A stretch of 64,000 nucleotides of DNA from Lingula anatina (Eukaryota; Animalia; Brachiopoda). Of the stretch, positions 59,501 to 64,000 are shown one piece after another. Under the pieces are notes generated by a model. It was given only the letters and a program-made list of their open reading frames with translations. It made no database searches and was not told the DNA's origin. Both the position numbers and the translations under genes were made by a program. The stretch lies in contig CM120643.1 in assembly GCA_051362555.1 (NCBI GenBank), positions 868,001 through 932,000 on the forward strand, read 5' to 3'. Position 1 is the first letter of the stretch, and each line of letters opens with the position of its first letter.

Positions 59501-62454
59501 CCTCTGAGCCTGTACTGTACTGAGAACTATACTGTCTTCTAGCTCTCCTGTCTAGTTAACTGTCTATGATCACATGTTATATATAATACTTACCTCCCTC
59601 TGAGCCTGTACTGTACTGAGAACTATACTGTCTTCTAGCTCTCCTGCCTAACCAGCCAGGTACAGCACCAGGAGTTTCTCCTTGGACATCTACAGAGACA
59701 GATGCTTGGCTGATGCCACTCCTGCAGGGTGAAAATATACAGAGTATTCACCAAACACTGGATAAAAATATACCAAAATATTTACCAAACACTAAGCACA
59801 AATATGCAGAATATAGAAAACATTATGAACTAGAATGAGCACGAGAGGTTTGACTTCTGCAGTGCATATTTCCTTAAATTCCAAATTATTTAAATAAAAT
59901 ATAAATCCCCCAACAAGCTATGTTTAAATCACACAGAGAACAGTAACACTTTCCTACCTGCAAATAATTCAACAGATTGTAATCCTCTTTTGCAAGTTTT
60001 ACAAACACATGCATTAGAAAAATCTTAGTTCTTAATCTCAAATCTCTTTAATGGCCTATTCGTCAATAAAATCGCTGGCAGTTCTATGAACAACAGCTTT
60101 CTTACAATCTAACTCACGGTTGTATCTTACCTCTCTTTGATTGCCTTCTCGTCAATGAAATCGCTGGCAGTCTCCACTGGTTTCTGGACAGCCACTAGCT
60201 GGTTCAGCATTTCTCGCATCAGGAAACGACTGACAAACTGCTCTATAAAGCTTGCCGTGGGGTATTGCTGCAGTAGAGAAGCAAAATGACTGTGCTTGTA
60301 TATGTTGTATTAGAGAGAGAGAGAGAGGGAGAGAGAGAGGGACAGAGACATCAGGTAGAATTCTGACCAACCTTTTCAAGATACACACCAAATAACTTTA
60401 CACTTTTCTTTTCATGAAAAGAGAAAATCTCATCTGTCCTGTATATTCTATGCATAACACTACATATACAGTATACTGACAAATTTCAAAAGCCTGACAA
60501 AATTCTTCATCTTGACAAGGTGTCTCATTTCAGTTATACACAAGTAAAGAAGTTTGGAGCCCCCTCTTACCTGGGCTGACTGGTTAAGTGCCTTGGTCAT
60601 GGAGTGATTGAGGTCCTCCAGAGCCCCAAACATCTCCTTGAAGGGTCCCAGGTGTTGGGAGAAATATGTACACAGCTCTCCAGTGTCCAGGTTACTGGGG
60701 GGAAAGAATACACCTTTTACTGAATTTCATTTGTTTTATTCTCATTTCCTACTCCACCTCCTTATTTTGTGCTAGCATATTTCAGTATATACCATCAATG
60801 TATATCACCTCACTTCTTTTTTCTTGTCAATCTGTTTTTATTATAGGAAATAAGACATTAACATTCAAACAGTTAGTAAATGATGTTGGTTTATGTTTGG
60901 AAAAAGAGAAGCATTGTTTTAAACATCTGCTGCTCTATCCTTGATTTGGGATTTGTCTGAAATGTTAAATCTAAATAGATTTGGTCTTCTATGAGCTAAC
61001 AAATAAACCTACTTTGTTTTATGTGTGTCAATGTCTCTGAACAAGTTTCCCAACTCTTCATCTGTAATCACTCCATCAGCAAAAAAAGCCCTGAATTCCT
61101 CCAGTGACAGTGCCCCATCATCTAAAAATTTTACACATACTTTCATTAGTATTTTGAGTCTAGAAAAACATATCAAGCAGGGTTTCCACTGGCAGTATTA
61201 GGGGAAAAGAGGGGAGGATATATAATATTTTGATACTGACTCTCAAATATTCTTGAATTCAAAATATTATGAAAACCCTGCCTTGTTGTTATAATTACAA
61301 TACATTGCAAGATGAAAAATAAAGTTGTTCAAAAGAAGCAATTTCAAAATCACTTTTCTTGGCTGAAGGGCTGCTTCCTCTCTGATATTTCTTTACTCAC
61401 CATTTTTATCAGCTCTTCTAAACACCTGAAAAGTACCATATCATTGATTAAAACTCAATTTTATGCTACGACAACTGATTGTTCAAGAACACACGCAATT
61501 ACCACACACAGTTTTTTTTTTTTGGGGGGGGGAGGTCTTTGAGTCCTGACCCCCCCCTTTGATTTCTGAAAAAAAATCACACCAAGGGCCCCCTCTTAAA
61601 ATGAGAATTTTGACTAGTTGAATCATAGTTCTAAACCATACCAAATGGCACCCTTTGCCCTCTAAAATACTAACATTTTTCTGGGCCCTTAAAACCCTGT
61701 GGACCCCCTTCAAATACTCTGTGATTGGCCCCTGCACACAATTCACATTTGGCATTTGTCATATTTCTATAATACGCTAATGGACCAGTGGCTCAATGGA
61801 AATCAATGTTTCTATACTGCATACACACAGTGAATCCTGGCAGCTGACAGCATGCTTTCATTACGACTTTCCATGATGATAAACTAATCAGAAGTTCAGC
61901 AGTGTCAGGGCATGAATGGGGAGTTTGATGCTTGGAGATATTTTGCAATATTGTCCAGAACTGTAGGATTTGTTATTCTTTCATTGTTAAATTTCCTGAT
62001 TAAACTAAATCAAGTGTTGGCCAAGTACATCGTGAACACAGAATTTTAATTAATATTAAATAAAATAATTTAATAAATAAAAAAATAATAATAATAATAA
62101 TAATAACAATACGCTCACTGTAAATAGAATTACATTAAATCGGCATAATGGTTTAAAGAAAAGCTTATGCAAAAACAAAAAATATATAATCACAGCATTT
62201 ATAAGCTGTTTATTGGACCCTCTCTTCATAATCTTGCTTTACAGCATTATTGACAAAATATCGTCCTTAATTGGTCCAATAAAATCTTAAATATCTTTTA
62301 TTTAACTAGCATTGAAAACACGACTCTATACTATACAAACAGATATCTAAGGAGCGTGTATAAAAACTTTATCTGCACTGGCAGCATGGACTGTTAACAA
62401 AATAAATGCACTTACATCGAGGAAAATCGACATCCCCTTCTCTTTCTCCGCCAT
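56290..62454 (-). CDS. NECAB1: N-terminal EF-hand calcium-binding protein (NECAB family; EF-hands plus ABM domain), 327 aa; exons 62416-62454, 61401-61425, 61013-61121, 60571-60694, 60131-60267, 59594-59721, 59047-59111, 58614-58667, 58239-58348, 57946-58023, 56618-56709, 56290-56312
   Basis: Twelve in-phase GT-AG exons give [39 protein letters not shown]...[23 protein letters not shown]...ALEDLN...[11 protein letters not shown]...[13 protein letters not shown]...[17 protein letters not shown]...FQHSNIDNL...IPSAWWKRD*. This parallels vertebrate NECAB1 motifs as recalled; probably co-orthologous to NECAB1-3. It is absent from the ORF track because the exons are short. Confidence 0.93.
57211..57982. 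repeat. ~62-bp tandem array (13 donor-containing units) derived from the NECAB exon 10/intron 10 junction
   Basis: CTCACC(T) at 57217, 57268, 57331, 57393, 57455, 57518, 57581, 57643, 57707, 57769, 57819, 57891 and 57941; the minus-strand unit is TATGAGATGTGGGAGAGCAAGGAGGCATGGAAGAG|GTGAGGGGG. Confidence 0.93.
59471..59646. repeat. Exact 80-bp direct duplication (59471-59550 and 59567-59646) of the NECAB exon 6 end plus donor
   Basis: TGATCACATGTTATATATAATACTTACCTCCCTCTGAGCC...AGCTCTCCTG occurs twice, 96 bp apart. Confidence 0.93.
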
Positions 62455-62512
62455 CTTGAAATCACGCGAGAAAATGCGAGGTTTGTATCTGGGTCAAAGG
62501 GATGCGGAAGTG

Positions 62513-62553
<41 letters not shown>

Positions 62554-62688
62554 AACGCTAGAAGGCGTTACACTGAAGCAATTTTTGCGGCTTTTTAAAA
62601 ATAATTTCATGTCAACGCGTATTATTCCATCTTTACATCCTGCCAATAGGACTCAATATAAATTTATTATTTTATGTTAAAACACCTG

Positions 62689-62952
62689 GGTCCAGTTTTG
62701 TAAAGGACGTTTAGCACTAACCAGTGGATAAGCCTAACCAGTAGATAAATTCTCCTAACACCCATTAACTAAAAGATGGTTAAATTGTGTTTTATATACA
62801 GTCTTCTGACGGAAAACAGCCAATTAGTTAACTGGCCTTGTTTAACTGGATTAAATAATTATTTAAAGGTCAGTTAACTAACAGGCTGTTTAGGTCTGGT
62901 TAGAGTTAAACACAGCTAGGTTAGTGCTAAACGTCCTTTATAAAACTGGGCC
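62689..62952. mobile_element. Harbinger-type MITE immediately upstream of NECAB
   Basis: CTG|GGTCCAGTTTTGTAAAGGACGTTTAGCACTAACC ... GGTTAGTGCTAAACGTCCTTTATAAAACTGGGCC|CTG: 34-bp TIR and CTG duplication. Confidence 0.88.
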
Positions 62953-62966
62953 CTGATTATTAGGCC

Positions 62967-62998
<32 letters not shown>

Positions 62999-64000
62999 GG
63001 CCTACAAAAATGTATGGACCCTCCAGCCCTAAAGTCACATAAAGAAAGATTGTGTCAGCACCACAGCTTTGTGAATTCTGATTTTAAATTTCATACAGGC
63101 CTACTGTATGTGTGTGTGTGTGTGTGTTATCAATTTTTTTAGGTGAAATGCATCTTTAGTTTTGGTTAGGATATACTGCAGTACTGTGTGCATAGGTTCT
63201 GAATGAAACAAGTCCAAATAGCTTGGACATGTGGACAATCCCAGAAAATATGTAATATTTAGATTTGGGGGGGGGGGGGGGGGGGGGGGGGCATTACAAA
63301 AAGTGCATTAAATTGTTCATGTTTTATATTATATTTAAAGAGCATCGAATTCGTGAAATAAATTCTATGTAAACTTCTGAATGGCAATGTGTATAGTTTA
63401 TGATAATTTGTTTCTCGAAAGGGCAAAGCATGGACCAATTTCCATTTCTAAATTGGAAAATCAATGTTATATGCTTCTCCCTCCCATTGTCATGAGTGCT
63501 AAATGGTATTACGGTATTGCATCTTTACCTAAAATAAATTTCAGATAAAAAGTTTCGTTAATTTGTTTTTCGGTCTTAAAAATACAAAATTTTATTCGTT
63601 ATTACTGTAAGGTCCTTGTGGTACCCTATTACGCCAGTTTTCCAGGCAGAGGTTAAAGCACTGATGACGCCTTCATAGTCAAGAAAATTATAAGGTATTT
63701 CATTCATCACAGAAAACGTCCAGACTTTCACTGAACCATGCAGTATCATCAATCAGCGCGTTAACGTAAAGAACTCCTTTTTAAAACCAAGTTTTATAAA
63801 AAAAACTTTTTATTGATTTTAACATGATCATTTCAGAAAACTATTTGCTTGTAGCAAATTGTTTGTCGAAGGATGGGACAGGTATCTAAAGAATGTGTTT
63901 GAAATTTCTTTGATGAAAATCACGTCAGTGACCTGGTTGCGGAGTGCTTGGTCACCGTCAAGTGATCAGGACCCATCAAACACTTAAAGGGATAATAACT

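Overview
AT-rich, intron-rich eukaryotic DNA, most consistent with a marine invertebrate such as a mollusc (inference). Six protein-coding genes can be assembled by hand from GT-AG splice sites and reading frames: a two-exon class A peptide GPCR (+, 9275-15099), an MCUR1/CCDC90 homolog (+, 24962-28597, 7 exons), a CRAL-TRIO clavesin/alpha-TTP-like gene (-, 31057-35453, 7 coding exons), two tandem paralogs encoding small secreted Tyr/Gly-rich proteins with a galaxin-like di-cysteine module (-, 36761-37519 and 41831-43097), and a NECAB homolog (-, 56290-62454, 12 exons). A weaker candidate minus-strand spliced transcript starts head-to-head with MCUR1 and would hold the GPCR in an intron. Non-coding DNA is dense in non-autonomous DNA transposons (Harbinger/Tourist-like MITEs, a piggyBac-type element) and includes a ~2.5 kb palindrome made of two inverted Harbinger-type copies. 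The most striking patterns are the repeated tandem duplication of exon-intron junctions (at least five cases, one with 13 donor copies), the Tyr-rich galaxin-like gene pair and the fold-back transposon dimer. No rRNA, tRNA, CRISPR array or transposase ORF was recognised. All family assignments are from recalled motifs; no database search was run.
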